Of a stretch of 22,749 nt of DNA, positions 1 through 7,269 are shown piece after piece. Under the pieces are notes generated by a model. That model did no database searches. It was given only the letters and a program-made list of their open reading frames with translations, and was not told the origin of the DNA. A program made the translations under genes and the position numbers. Source of the stretch: Okeania sp. (GTDB lineage: Bacteria > Cyanobacteriota > Cyanobacteriia > Cyanobacteriales > Microcoleaceae). Within the stretch, counting starts at the first letter, position 1. Each line of letters opens with the position of its first letter. The stretch spans positions 1 through 22,749 of the forward strand of contig NZ_JAYKGW010000127.1 of the NCBI RefSeq assembly GCF_035285525.1. The letters are read 5' to 3'.

Positions 1-1
1 A

Positions 2-91
2 GGACATGAAGTTATATTTCTCCCTAAATACTCTCCAGATTTAAATGATATAGAACAGGACTTTGGTGCATTAAAGAAGAAAAGAATGTAA
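2..91 (+). mobile_element. 3' end of an IS630/Tc1-mariner-family transposase gene (last 29 codons plus TAA). The rest lies upstream of the window.
   Basis: Frame 2 reads GHEVIFLPKYSPDLNDIEQDFGALKKKRM*. The LP.YSPDLN.IE block is the conserved C-terminal catalytic-acid region of IS630-type DDE transposases. The IS terminal repeat probably lies at about 92-170 (...GAGTGTGTCCCACTCTTATTCAGAATGAC followed by TA), but this is tentative. Confidence 0.7.
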
Positions 92-132
92 GAAGGAAAA
101 GACAAATCCATTGATGATATTATTAGAAATTA

Positions 133-420
133 TTGCGCTTCGAGTGTGTCCCACTCTTATTCAGAATGACTATATATTTAGGTCGAGACCTGCTAGCAGA
201 CTGGGGAGTAGTTCCTCAACCAAACGATAAAGAAGAATTTACGGTTAGCGATTACATAAGAAAAAGTACTAAGACAATATTAAGTTCTAAAGACGTTCCT
301 GAATGGCTCCAAGATGCTTTTATTGAGGGAGGTGAGAACTATTATGATGTATTTAGAGATGAATTGACGAATAGAGGTGGTATAATTGATGAGAGACGAA
401 TGAATATTCAATATACTTAG
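133..420 (+). CDS. Hypothetical protein. The true start is uncertain (TTG 133 or ATG 166). It may be the 3' remnant of a gene truncated by the IS insertion.
   Basis: Open frame of 95 codons. Its stop lies 1 nt before the ATG of the next ORF, which suggests coupling. I recognise no motif. Its first ~40 nt overlap the presumed IS630 end. Confidence 0.4.
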   Translation: MRFECVPLLFRMTIYLGRDLLADWGVVPQPNDKEEFTVSDYIRKSTKTILSSKDVPEWLQDAFIEGGENYYDVFRDELTNRGGIIDERRMNIQYT

Positions 421-421
421 C

Positions 422-883
422 ATGAAAATCGCCAATATCACTGAATTACCTGACGTAATCAAAGATGTCACTACTTGGGAAAACGCCCTGTTGATGTTAA
501 GTAAGCACTGCCTGGACATACAGGTTGCTTACAAGAAAACGGCGCCAGAGACAGAGCAAAAAAACTTCATTTCCATAGAAACTAAACTAGACGTATCCCC
601 CGATCCCTATACCACTATCAAACTTTCTGAAGTTGAAATTGATATCATAGATGGCATTATCAGAACTGTTAGTTTTATAGAACCTGACAGCTTTGTTCCC
701 AAAAGTATTTATCCGTGGAATAGTAATAATTCATTTGACTGCTTAGTAAAAATGCTATTCAAAACATTTGAATTTGACAAAAGCAACGTGACAAACCCGG
801 ACTCCCAAGAAATATTGGAACTAGGAATCGAGCAAAACTCTGATTCCAACTCATCCATGTTTACAATTTCTCCTGTTTTATAA
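422..883 (+). CDS. Hypothetical protein, 153 aa
   Basis: ATG-initiated ORF directly abutting the upstream ORF. I recognise no family. Confidence 0.5.
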   Translation: MKIANITELPDVIKDVTTWENALLMLSKHCLDIQVAYKKTAPETEQKNFISIETKLDVSPDPYTTIKLSEVEIDIIDGIIRTVSFIEPDSFVPKSIYPWNSNNSFDCLVKMLFKTFEFDKSNVTNPDSQEILELGIEQNSDSNSSMFTISPVL

Positions 884-1059
884 TTATCAATAGATACTTC
901 ACAAATTGGAGAGTCAATAAATTATAACGCCATTGAGTATTTATCCGGGTCTTTTTAATTCCATTGTATAGCACAAAAACAATCCAAAAAGAGCAATGAT
1001 GGTAACAGTTCAAACGAAAAAATAGTAGTGATTCTTGGTCTGAAAAACTATTAAAAGAT

Positions 1060-1686
1060 TTGTTTGAACGAAGAGGTATTGAATATGATAAGAATAAAAA
1101 AATCAGTGAATTATTCAACTTAAATCGCGCCAAAGTTTACGGTCTTCAGTTTGATGGTCAGCAAGAAATTAAGATTATTTCTACTCCGGAAAAAATAGTT
1201 GAAAGGATAAATCACGCAAGCGTAATTTATCAATTAGTTGCTAATGAAGCTAGCAGTAAAGAAGGTTATTCAGAAAGAAGACAGTTAAGCGGTCATCCTT
1301 CGATACATCTTTATTTTAAACAGATTTATCCTTGACAGGAGGATCAAAAGTCTGGCCTGAAGAGTGAATTTAGCTTAAGAATTGTCAAGAAAGCAGAATA
1401 TGAAGATGAATATGGCCTAGAAACAATATCCATAGCTTTCCTGAAAGAAAAAGCTCAAAAAATCAATTCATTATTTATTGAACCTACGTTATTCAATCTA
1501 AACAGAGGGGAAGTTGGTTATTCATACCAAGATTGGCCGAGAGGATACGCTACATGGAGTGATTTTTTAAACGAAAATAGTGCATTTGAATTTTTCGAAA
1601 AGTATGTCCAAATATTAGGAGATACCTTTGACAAAACAAAAGTAGGAGTTAATCCGCATAAGTATAAGCAGAAGAGTACAAAGTAA
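1060..1686 (+). pseudogene. Unknown gene interrupted by an in-frame TGA at 1333-1335. It is either a pseudogene or a readthrough/sequencing issue.
   Basis: The listed ORF 1060-1335 ends at TGA. The same frame then stays open for 116 more codons (QEDQKSGLKSEFSLRIVKKAEYEDEYGLETISIAFLKEK...KYKQKSTK*) to TAA 1684-1686. That stretch has no in-frame ATG/GTG/TTG, so it cannot be an independent ORF. Confidence 0.5.
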
Positions 1687-1968
1687 AGTGAAGGTCCTTG
1701 GGGAAGAAACTAAGCTACCTAGTAGGTACAGAAAGGTTACTATGGCTCTTCATTATGCTTATTGCAAACTCCCTATTACTGGAAAAAAGATTATTTTAGC
1801 TACAAGATCAACCCGCTTTCCAGTAGATTTTAGATTGAAGGAATAGGCAAAAAGATTTTTTCGGAATATTAATATTTGTAAGTTCCCCCTAGCCCCCCTT
1901 GAAAGGTTGCGGAGGCTAAAGATTTATATTAGCATCGGAATTGATAAACAACTTTTAAGTATAAAGGT

Positions 1969-2307
1969 ATGGCAGATAACATAATAACAATTCAAGAGTT
2001 AAGGGAAAAGCTTGAATAAAAAGGGGTAGATATTAATGATGCCCAAAAATACCCCGATGGAAGCAACTGTTTAAAGTTTGTCAATGACTTTCTAGATTGC
2101 CTCCAGGAAGTGCAAGATAAACAAAATTCCGAGTCATCTAAAGGAGCGTCTGTGTCTATTTTGAATACAGTCCGAAGACCAAGTAGTGACAAAAAAGAAT
2201 TTCCTCCTAATAGTGGAAATTTTTACGAGACAAACAGCGTAGTAAGAACTATAGGATATCGTGAAAAAATTGTGGTGGGCGGTTATCTCCCAACTATTCG
2301 CGATTAA
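1969..2307 (+). pseudogene. Possible small unknown gene with an in-frame TAA at 2017-2019. Alternatively, only the GTG-initiated 2110-2307 part is real.
   Basis: ATG 1969 (MADNIITIQELREKLE*) is in the same frame as listed ORF 2110-2307. The frame is open between 2020 and 2109 without any start codon. Confidence 0.3.
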
Positions 2308-2436
2308 GAAAAAATACATTTAAGGGGGAGTAATGGCATATAATCCATATACCGTAAAAAACAGATTAATAGGTCAATTACAGTAGGCACTCATAAGATA
2401 TTATTCGCTTACAGAAGCAATCTAAGTGACGCTACA

Positions 2437-3012
2437 ATGACTGAATTAGGTCTTGAGATTGCAACTACGACTGCAACTAGCAAGATATTAAAAGCAGGTG
2501 CGGTCATAGGAGCGAACGCACCCAAGCCTCATCGAGCAACAAAATACCTTTCATCAGGAGAAACAGAGTCAAGCTATATTAGTGACGAAAAAATAACAGA
2601 AGCGTCTGCTACCTGGAGTATTCAATCACCTAAATTCAAAAGTCCACCGTTGTCAGACAGGTCTACTTTGGTTTACGTTTTAACTAAAGTAGGAACAAGC
2701 GACGTCCCTTATGGATGGGCAATGCCAAATTATCAAATGGATGCCATCTCTGCGGAAGGACTGACAAATTTGGGTATTGTAACCATCCCTAGTGACGCAA
2801 TACCAGAAAGCCTTGCTTTGTTTGGCTTAAATGCACCAAAACTAGGAAAAGTTAAGCAAGACTATTCAAAGTTACCTGGAAAAGAAGCAGACGAAACCAC
2901 GTCTTCGGTATGCTCAACTTTTTATGCTGATAGTTTGAAAGCGACAGCGTTAACAGATGGATGGATTCCAATAACAAAACCAACTATATATGGCGGTTAC
3001 AGTATTGGATAA
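2437..3012 (+). CDS. Hypothetical protein, 191 aa
   Basis: ATG-initiated ORF with protein-like composition. I recognise no motif. Confidence 0.55.
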   Translation: MTELGLEIATTTATSKILKAGAVIGANAPKPHRATKYLSSGETESSYISDEKITEASATWSIQSPKFKSPPLSDRSTLVYVLTKVGTSDVPYGWAMPNYQMDAISAEGLTNLGIVTIPSDAIPESLALFGLNAPKLGKVKQDYSKLPGKEADETTSSVCSTFYADSLKATALTDGWIPITKPTIYGGYSIG

Positions 3013-3341
3013 TGGCATAGAATCAGACATTTTGATACTGCCTGGAACTACATTGTTTGATGCTTGCTGGGAGGCGTTACCACCTCCCCCGAACAAAGAA
3101 AGCATAAAGCACCAAACCGCAGGAGAGTATAATTATATTGTTCGCAGTGGCAATAAATACAATTTAATGGGGGTGCGTGCATTCCAGAGAAGCTACTGAA
3201 TATGTCTTTGGTGGTGAATATGATTTGAGATTATCTGAAATCGCTAGCAGCGAGGATTACAATCCTGATGACTACATTCCTTACGAGCAATGGAAAGCAT
3301 TAGTTAATGGCGAGGTATTAGTTGATAACATAGATTCTTGA
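2990..3341 (+). pseudogene. Unknown gene apparently split by a frameshift: frame of 2990-3199 continues in the frame of 3168-3341.
   Basis: ORF 2990-3199 ends at TGA. An overlapping frame is open from 3168 to TGA 3339-3341 and encodes a plausible acidic C-terminus (EYVFGGEYDLRLSEIASSEDYNPDDYIPYEQWKALVNGEVLVDNIDS*). Its only start is a late GTG. Confidence 0.3.
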
Positions 3342-3636
3342 TAAAGAATTTCTCTACACTCAAGAACCGCGATTGGTGACTGAATAACGAGATCAGATAT
3401 CTCCCCAAGTTTTTGCGACTAGAAAGAGGATCGAATGTCAAAATTGTTATTGGGGTGATGGCTGCTCCCAAAATTAGTCATAACACCTCAAAAGTTTTTA
3501 GCTTATAGGTGAATACAAAATAGAAAAGAGAGGCTAAATATATGGAAATAACAATAGTTATTGAGTTGATAGAATTCTTTCTGTTGGAGGGGGGACTGCT
3601 GTACTTTTTAATAAAATTGGAGATGTCAGATTAGAA

Positions 3637-3837
3637 ATGCTGCAAAACCAGACAGCTATTAAAAATTTTTCAGCGTTCTTAAAAGCAGAATTGCAGGATA
3701 TCATAGACGAAAAAATAGAGAAAATTGAATACGAGTTAAGTGAAGCCAGGGAAGATTTCAGTAGGCTTGATTCCAGAATTGCACAAATAGAAGGTTGGGT
3801 TGAAGCCAACAGTTATCGAATACGCAAAGTCGATTAA
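3637..3837 (+). CDS. Small predicted coiled-coil protein, 66 aa
   Basis: ATG ORF with heptad-like charged/hydrophobic periodicity (KAELQDIIDEKIEKIEYELSEAREDFSRLDSRIAQIEGW). Its stop overlaps the stop of the convergent deaminase gene within TTAA. The ORF is short, so it is uncertain. Confidence 0.35.
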   Translation: MLQNQTAIKNFSAFLKAELQDIIDEKIEKIEYELSEAREDFSRLDSRIAQIEGWVEANSYRIRKVD

Positions 3838-4397
3838 TTCTTAATGGTTAATGATTCACTAGAGCCGCCATCTTCATTCCCACTAGCATAATAGCCAAAC
3901 TTAGATTTTGCTAAGTAACGCAAACTTTCGGGTAAAGTTTCAAAATCGAATTTTTTATTGAAGTTAATTCCTGCAAAATCATCTATTGCCATCACCCCCA
4001 CATTAAAGCCCGCAGTTAATAGGGCGCCCGTACACATAACACAGGGATCGAGTGTTGTGATAATCGTAAGCTGATCGGGATCGGGCAAGTTTAATTCTTC
4101 TTTGTGCTTGTAATACCAGTAAACAAGCTGAGTTTCGCCGTGAGCTGTTGGATCGAAAGTAAAAACCTCAACCTTGTGAGTCTTAGTCTTAGTATCTGAA
4201 AGCTCTTTTAAGAGATTGTTATGCAGTTTGTGAATCACACGACCCGTAGCATTTTCGACAATAGCACCTCCAACAGAATAAGTATTTTGTGCTTGGGCTA
4301 ACAGTGCTTGATTTAGCACAATAGATGCGGCTTCATCCGCATTTTGAACAGCAGAGGCTTTAAACGGAACTCTATTCCTGATTTCAAATTGAGACAT
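3834..4397 (-). CDS. Zinc-dependent deaminase of the cytidine/deoxycytidylate-deaminase fold (TadA / yeast-FCY1 cytosine-deaminase-like). Substrate unknown.
   Basis: Signature motifs are DPTAH86-G-E88 and TLDPC119-VM-C122-TGALL with about 30-residue spacing, plus a preceding GGAIV strand. The HGE and PCxMCTGA spelling resembles FCY1-type cytosine deaminases. DPTAH.E and TL.PCVMC resemble TadA. Confidence 0.8.
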   Translation of the reverse strand: MSQFEIRNRVPFKASAVQNADEAASIVLNQALLAQAQNTYSVGGAIVENATGRVIHKLHNNLLKELSDTKTKTHKVEVFTFDPTAHGETQLVYWYYKHKEELNLPDPDQLTIITTLDPCVMCTGALLTAGFNVGVMAIDDFAGINFNKKFDFETLPESLRYLAKSKFGYYASGNEDGGSSESLTIKN

Positions 4398-4537
4398 TAT
4401 TTAATAAACCAGATTTTGACTTGAGGACACATTTGAGGCAGTGACTGAACATCAAATATTTGAACAACTTCATTACATCAATAATATATTAATCCCTCCT
4501 CACCCAGTCCACAACCGTTAAAAAAATATACAATTCT

Positions 4538-5872
4538 TCACATGACAGGATTGGGCATCTCTCTAGCAGAAGATTTAAGATAAGCCCCTTGCCCCAGAGG
4601 CTGTAGCTTGGGATAACAACTCCGATAATTCTCCTCGCTCACAAACAACCACATAATACGAGTCCGCCGATTCTGGGGCGGTGCGGGGCAAGGTGCATAA
4701 CCATCAGTGTAAATAATCAGACCATCATAATCCCGATGTTCCTCCAAATAGGCCACAACTGGATCAAAATTTGTCCCGCCTCTACCCGTTAATTGTACTT
4801 CCCTCTTAGCGCGACGGAACGTCATTACATCGGTTGTAATCTCAGCATCAAATTGAATCACATCGATCGCCTCCACGCCATAATTAAAAAAGCGATTCAC
4901 CACCGAAAACCCCTGCCGTAGCTCCTCTGTTCCCATCGATCCACTCACATCAATAGCAAACAGCAAGCGAGTGGTAAAGTCACGACGACTGCCCATATAA
5001 GCGAACCCATAACGGCGATTTGGTTTCATCCGGGTTAGCCGTCGCTGTTGACTAAGGATAGACGTGCGAAACTTGCGCAAAACTGCCCGATAGTCGAGCT
5101 TGGGTTGCAGATTCGCCAAAATCTGTTCCCGCAACCTGCCCCCAATGCTCCCCCAACTGTCATTAGCTAGAGCCATTTTTACCAGATCGTCCAGGCGATC
5201 GCTCAATAATTCATCTCGATCCCACTGATTGGTATTTTCCACACCACTCAAATTTGGATCGGTATAGACGGATAGGAGGTCTGGAGGACTATCGCTCGAT
5301 TCGGAACTCGTCTCAGTTTCTGCTGTTGACTCAGATTCAGACTCAGCAGAACCAGAAGAGCCAGATGCAGTTGCAGTATCACCTTCCCCCGTACCCGATC
5401 CCGGCGTTCCAGAAGCTCCAACAGCCAAACTGGGGGGCTGTAGTTCGAGCAATTTGTGATAGTAAAACTCGAAGAATTGTCGATCGTAGTTGTTATCCCC
5501 AAAGACATCCCGTGCCCTAGGAAACGGCAGGTCAGTTTGTAAATATTCTTGCACCGTTAAATTGCTGGCAGCATAGCTAATCTCTGAATGAGGTTGACGG
5601 CGACTGTATGGGTGTTTCAGAATAATCCGTAGAGCTTCAAAACGCAGGGTGGCTTCCAGGCGGCGATCGCTCAACTGGTTAATAAACTCTGGATTGTACT
5701 CAATCCTGCCTCGTTGAATGCGAATGGTTTTAATCCGTGGCTCAGATACTAAGGCATGACTCGTCCAGGTTGCTAGTAACAGTGGCTCAACCAGCAGCCA
5801 CTTTTCTACAATTTGAGCAATGCGGTGACGGGCGATTGGTTTTGTTCTCATATTGTATTTAATATAGTTCAT
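4538..5872 (-). CDS. vWA-domain protein with an N-terminal DUF2201_N-like (putative metallopeptidase-like) domain. This is the typical partner of AAA_5/MoxR ATPases.
   Basis: The C-terminal half has a MIDAS-type motif (AIDVSGSMG = DxSxS), a later GGTNF, and IIYTDGYA. The N-terminal half has the family-typical IEYNPEF block followed by RFEALRIILKHPYSRR, where the family normally has HExxH...H. An acidic Ser/Thr/Gly/Glu low-complexity linker (GASGTPGSGTGEGDTATASGSSGSAESESESTAETETSSESSDS) lies between the two. Confidence 0.85.
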   Translation of the reverse strand: MNYIKYNMRTKPIARHRIAQIVEKWLLVEPLLLATWTSHALVSEPRIKTIRIQRGRIEYNPEFINQLSDRRLEATLRFEALRIILKHPYSRRQPHSEISYAASNLTVQEYLQTDLPFPRARDVFGDNNYDRQFFEFYYHKLLELQPPSLAVGASGTPGSGTGEGDTATASGSSGSAESESESTAETETSSESSDSPPDLLSVYTDPNLSGVENTNQWDRDELLSDRLDDLVKMALANDSWGSIGGRLREQILANLQPKLDYRAVLRKFRTSILSQQRRLTRMKPNRRYGFAYMGSRRDFTTRLLFAIDVSGSMGTEELRQGFSVVNRFFNYGVEAIDVIQFDAEITTDVMTFRRAKREVQLTGRGGTNFDPVVAYLEEHRDYDGLIIYTDGYAPCPAPPQNRRTRIMWLFVSEENYRSCYPKLQPLGQGAYLKSSAREMPNPVM

Positions 5873-5983
5873 TTGAGTTGCTAGTTATAAATCAGGACTT
5901 AGGCATAAAGACTATTTGTAGGGTATATTGGCGGTAACACAAGGCATTGAAAATCTATATATAGATAGTGTATTTCCATAATA

Positions 5984-6083
5984 TCATGTCCGGTAGCATC
6001 GTTTGTGTATAAAATTAAGATGAGAATGAGAGAAAACCTTCTGCCTTCCTTCCAGCAAACCCTAATTATTCAAGCGGACATGA
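5984..6083. mobile_element. MITE (~100 bp) with 10-bp terminal inverted repeats and flanking TA
   Basis: TA|TCATGTCCGG...(C)CGGACATGA|TA. The subterminal GGTAGCATCG is shared with the MITE at 8828-8965. Confidence 0.6.
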
Positions 6084-6085
6084 TA

Positions 6086-6202
6086 TCATATGATCTCCGG
6101 ATCAGAGCGCTATCGCAAAACTTCCTCTTCTTCCCTTCCTGGGAGGGGTTAGGGGTGGGTTAACTCCTGCCTCGTTATTGATCACTATTCAACCGGACAT
6201 GA
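6086..6202. mobile_element. Second, tandem MITE of the same family. It shares the central TA with the first copy.
   Basis: TA|TCATATGATCTCCGG...CCGGACATGA|TA. The left end is imperfect. The interior (CTTCCCTTCCTGGGAGGGGTTAGGGGTGGGTTAACTCC) recurs in degenerate form at about 13621-13665. Confidence 0.5.
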
Positions 6203-6229
6203 TATAAGTCCTGTAAATATAGGAGTTTT

Positions 6230-6302
6230 GATCCCCCTAAATCCCCCTTAATAAAGGGGACTTTCGGATTTTCCCCCCTTATTAAGGGGAGCTGGGGGGA
6301 TC
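6230..6302. repeat. Compound palindromic short dispersed repeat (cyanobacterial SDR type)
   Basis: GATCCCCCTAAATCCCCCTTAATAAAGGGGACTTTCGGATTTTCCCCCCTTATTAAGGGGAGCTGGGGGGATC. It has inverted termini (GATCCCCC/GGGGGATC) and two internal hairpins (CCCCTTAATAAAGGGG, CCCCTTATTAAGGGG). Confidence 0.6.
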
Positions 6303-6346
6303 GAATTCATAACTAGCAAGTTGAGTTATAGTTATCAATACCTGTC

Positions 6347-6963
6347 TCATATAGTTTTGGCAGCAAAAATATCGGCGGCGCTCAGTTGCAATTTCGGGAA
6401 AGCCAAAGATTCAATCCTCTCGTTTCCCGTAAACAGTGTTACCTCATATTCCCCATCCACCAGTTGATAAACAGAGAGAGTGGGTTGTTTGGGATTGCCG
6501 ATCAACCGCCGATCACCTAAACCCAGATAATCCACAATCCAGTATTCGGGTATACCCATTTGTTCGTATTCTGCGACCTTCCTCAGATAATCATCTTGCC
6601 AGTTTGTACTGACAACCTCTATTGCCAGTCGAACAGAATCTCCCTTGGTAATCATTGATTCTTTCTGCCAACGGGTTTCCTGAGCCAGTTGCGCTTTATT
6701 GAGACATATAATATCAGGTAAGTAGCCAGATTCGTCATGGATTGCTTGCTGAAATCAATCGCCAGGAACTCTACAACGTAATTCATAACCGTCGATTTGA
6801 ATTGCCAGTTTTACCATTAAAAAACCGATGACACTAAAATGTTCTCCTATTCCTAAAGGCATTTTTACTATTGTTCCATTGTGTAGTTCGTATTTATCGG
6901 TCGCATTTTCCGGATACCAACAAATTCATCGAATGATAGGGGCTTGTTTAGAGTCGCAATCAT
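6347..6963 (-). pseudogene. Decayed Uma2-family (DUF820) putative endonuclease gene
   Basis: The C-terminal part (listed ORF 6347-6655: RLAIEVVSTNWQDDYLRKVAEYEQMGIPEYWIVD) matches the Uma2 family core. Upstream, the minus strand reads MIATLNKPLSFDEF from ATG 6963. It then needs a frameshift near 6915-6930 to continue as WYPENATDKYELHNGTIVKMPLGIGEHFSVIGFLMVKLAIQIDGYELRCRVPGD. An in-frame TGA follows at about 6755, then FQQAIHDESGYLPDIICLNKAQLAQETRWQKESMITKG. Confidence 0.75.
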
Positions 6964-7112
6964 AATAGTTATTTAGTACGATAGATTCAAACAAAAGAAT
7001 TTCAAGTTAATTAGTACGGTCTTACTTTAGCATTTTGGCACAGCACCTGTCAAGTTTATTAGAACCCAGAAACCCGGTTTCTACACTCGTACCGGGTTTC
7101 TTTGCGTAAGCT

Positions 7113-7269
7113 AGAACTTACACGGGAGGCACTATATATAGAGTATTGGTGCGTTGTGCGTTGTGCGCTTTACATGTCGCGTAGCGTTTCGGCGCTTGAG
7201 CCGACATATAAAGCGGAGCTTTGCGGAACGCAAAACGCACCCTACCAATAGCGTTCGTGGGTAAGTCCT
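7113..7269. mobile_element. MITE-like element of the AGGACTTACGCA family (long variant)
   Basis: The left end AGAACTTACACGGGAGGCACTATATATAGAGTATTGGTGCGTTGTGCGTTGTGCGCTTTACAT is near-identical to 9534-9600 and 13239-13300. The right end ...CGTGGGTAAGTCCT is the inverted terminus. It lies 12 nt downstream of the MoxR stop. Confidence 0.6.

Noticed and set aside
92-172. The IS630 copy at the window start as the source of the TA-flanked MITEs
   Set aside because: The putative IS end (...CAGAATGAC|TA) does not match the MITE termini (...CGGACATGA|TA) beyond a few bases. The link is unsupported.
280-1133. Minus-strand ORFs 280-519 and 861-1133
   Set aside because: They are antisense to, or overlap, the better-supported + strand ORF series. 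Their products are Leu/Ile/Phe/Asn-rich, as is typical of AT-rich shadow frames.
1333-1335. Selenocysteine or programmed recoding at the in-frame TGA
   Set aside because: I see no SECIS-like hairpin immediately downstream. Neighbouring genes show TAA and frameshift lesions too, so ordinary decay or a sequencing error is the simpler explanation.
1992-2319. Minus-strand ORFs 1992-2192 and 2134-2319
   Set aside because: They overlap each other and the + strand frame, and have no motifs. They are likely spurious.
3558-3809. 83-aa minus-strand ORF
   Set aside because: It is a mirror image of the + strand coiled-coil ORF. The periodic coiled-coil composition on the + strand is the more protein-like reading, though both are weak.
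5248-5520. Listed ORFs 5248-5508 (-) and 5254-5520 (+) inside the vWA gene
   Set aside because: They lie within or antisense to the low-complexity linker region of a well-supported 444-aa gene. Their products are repetitive translations of the same GA/CT-rich DNA.
7068-7101. Rho-independent terminator for the MoxR gene
   Set aside because: The 11-bp stem is real. On the transcribed (minus) strand, however, it is not followed by a U-tract, and its 12-nt loop is large. I treat it as part of the repeat debris.
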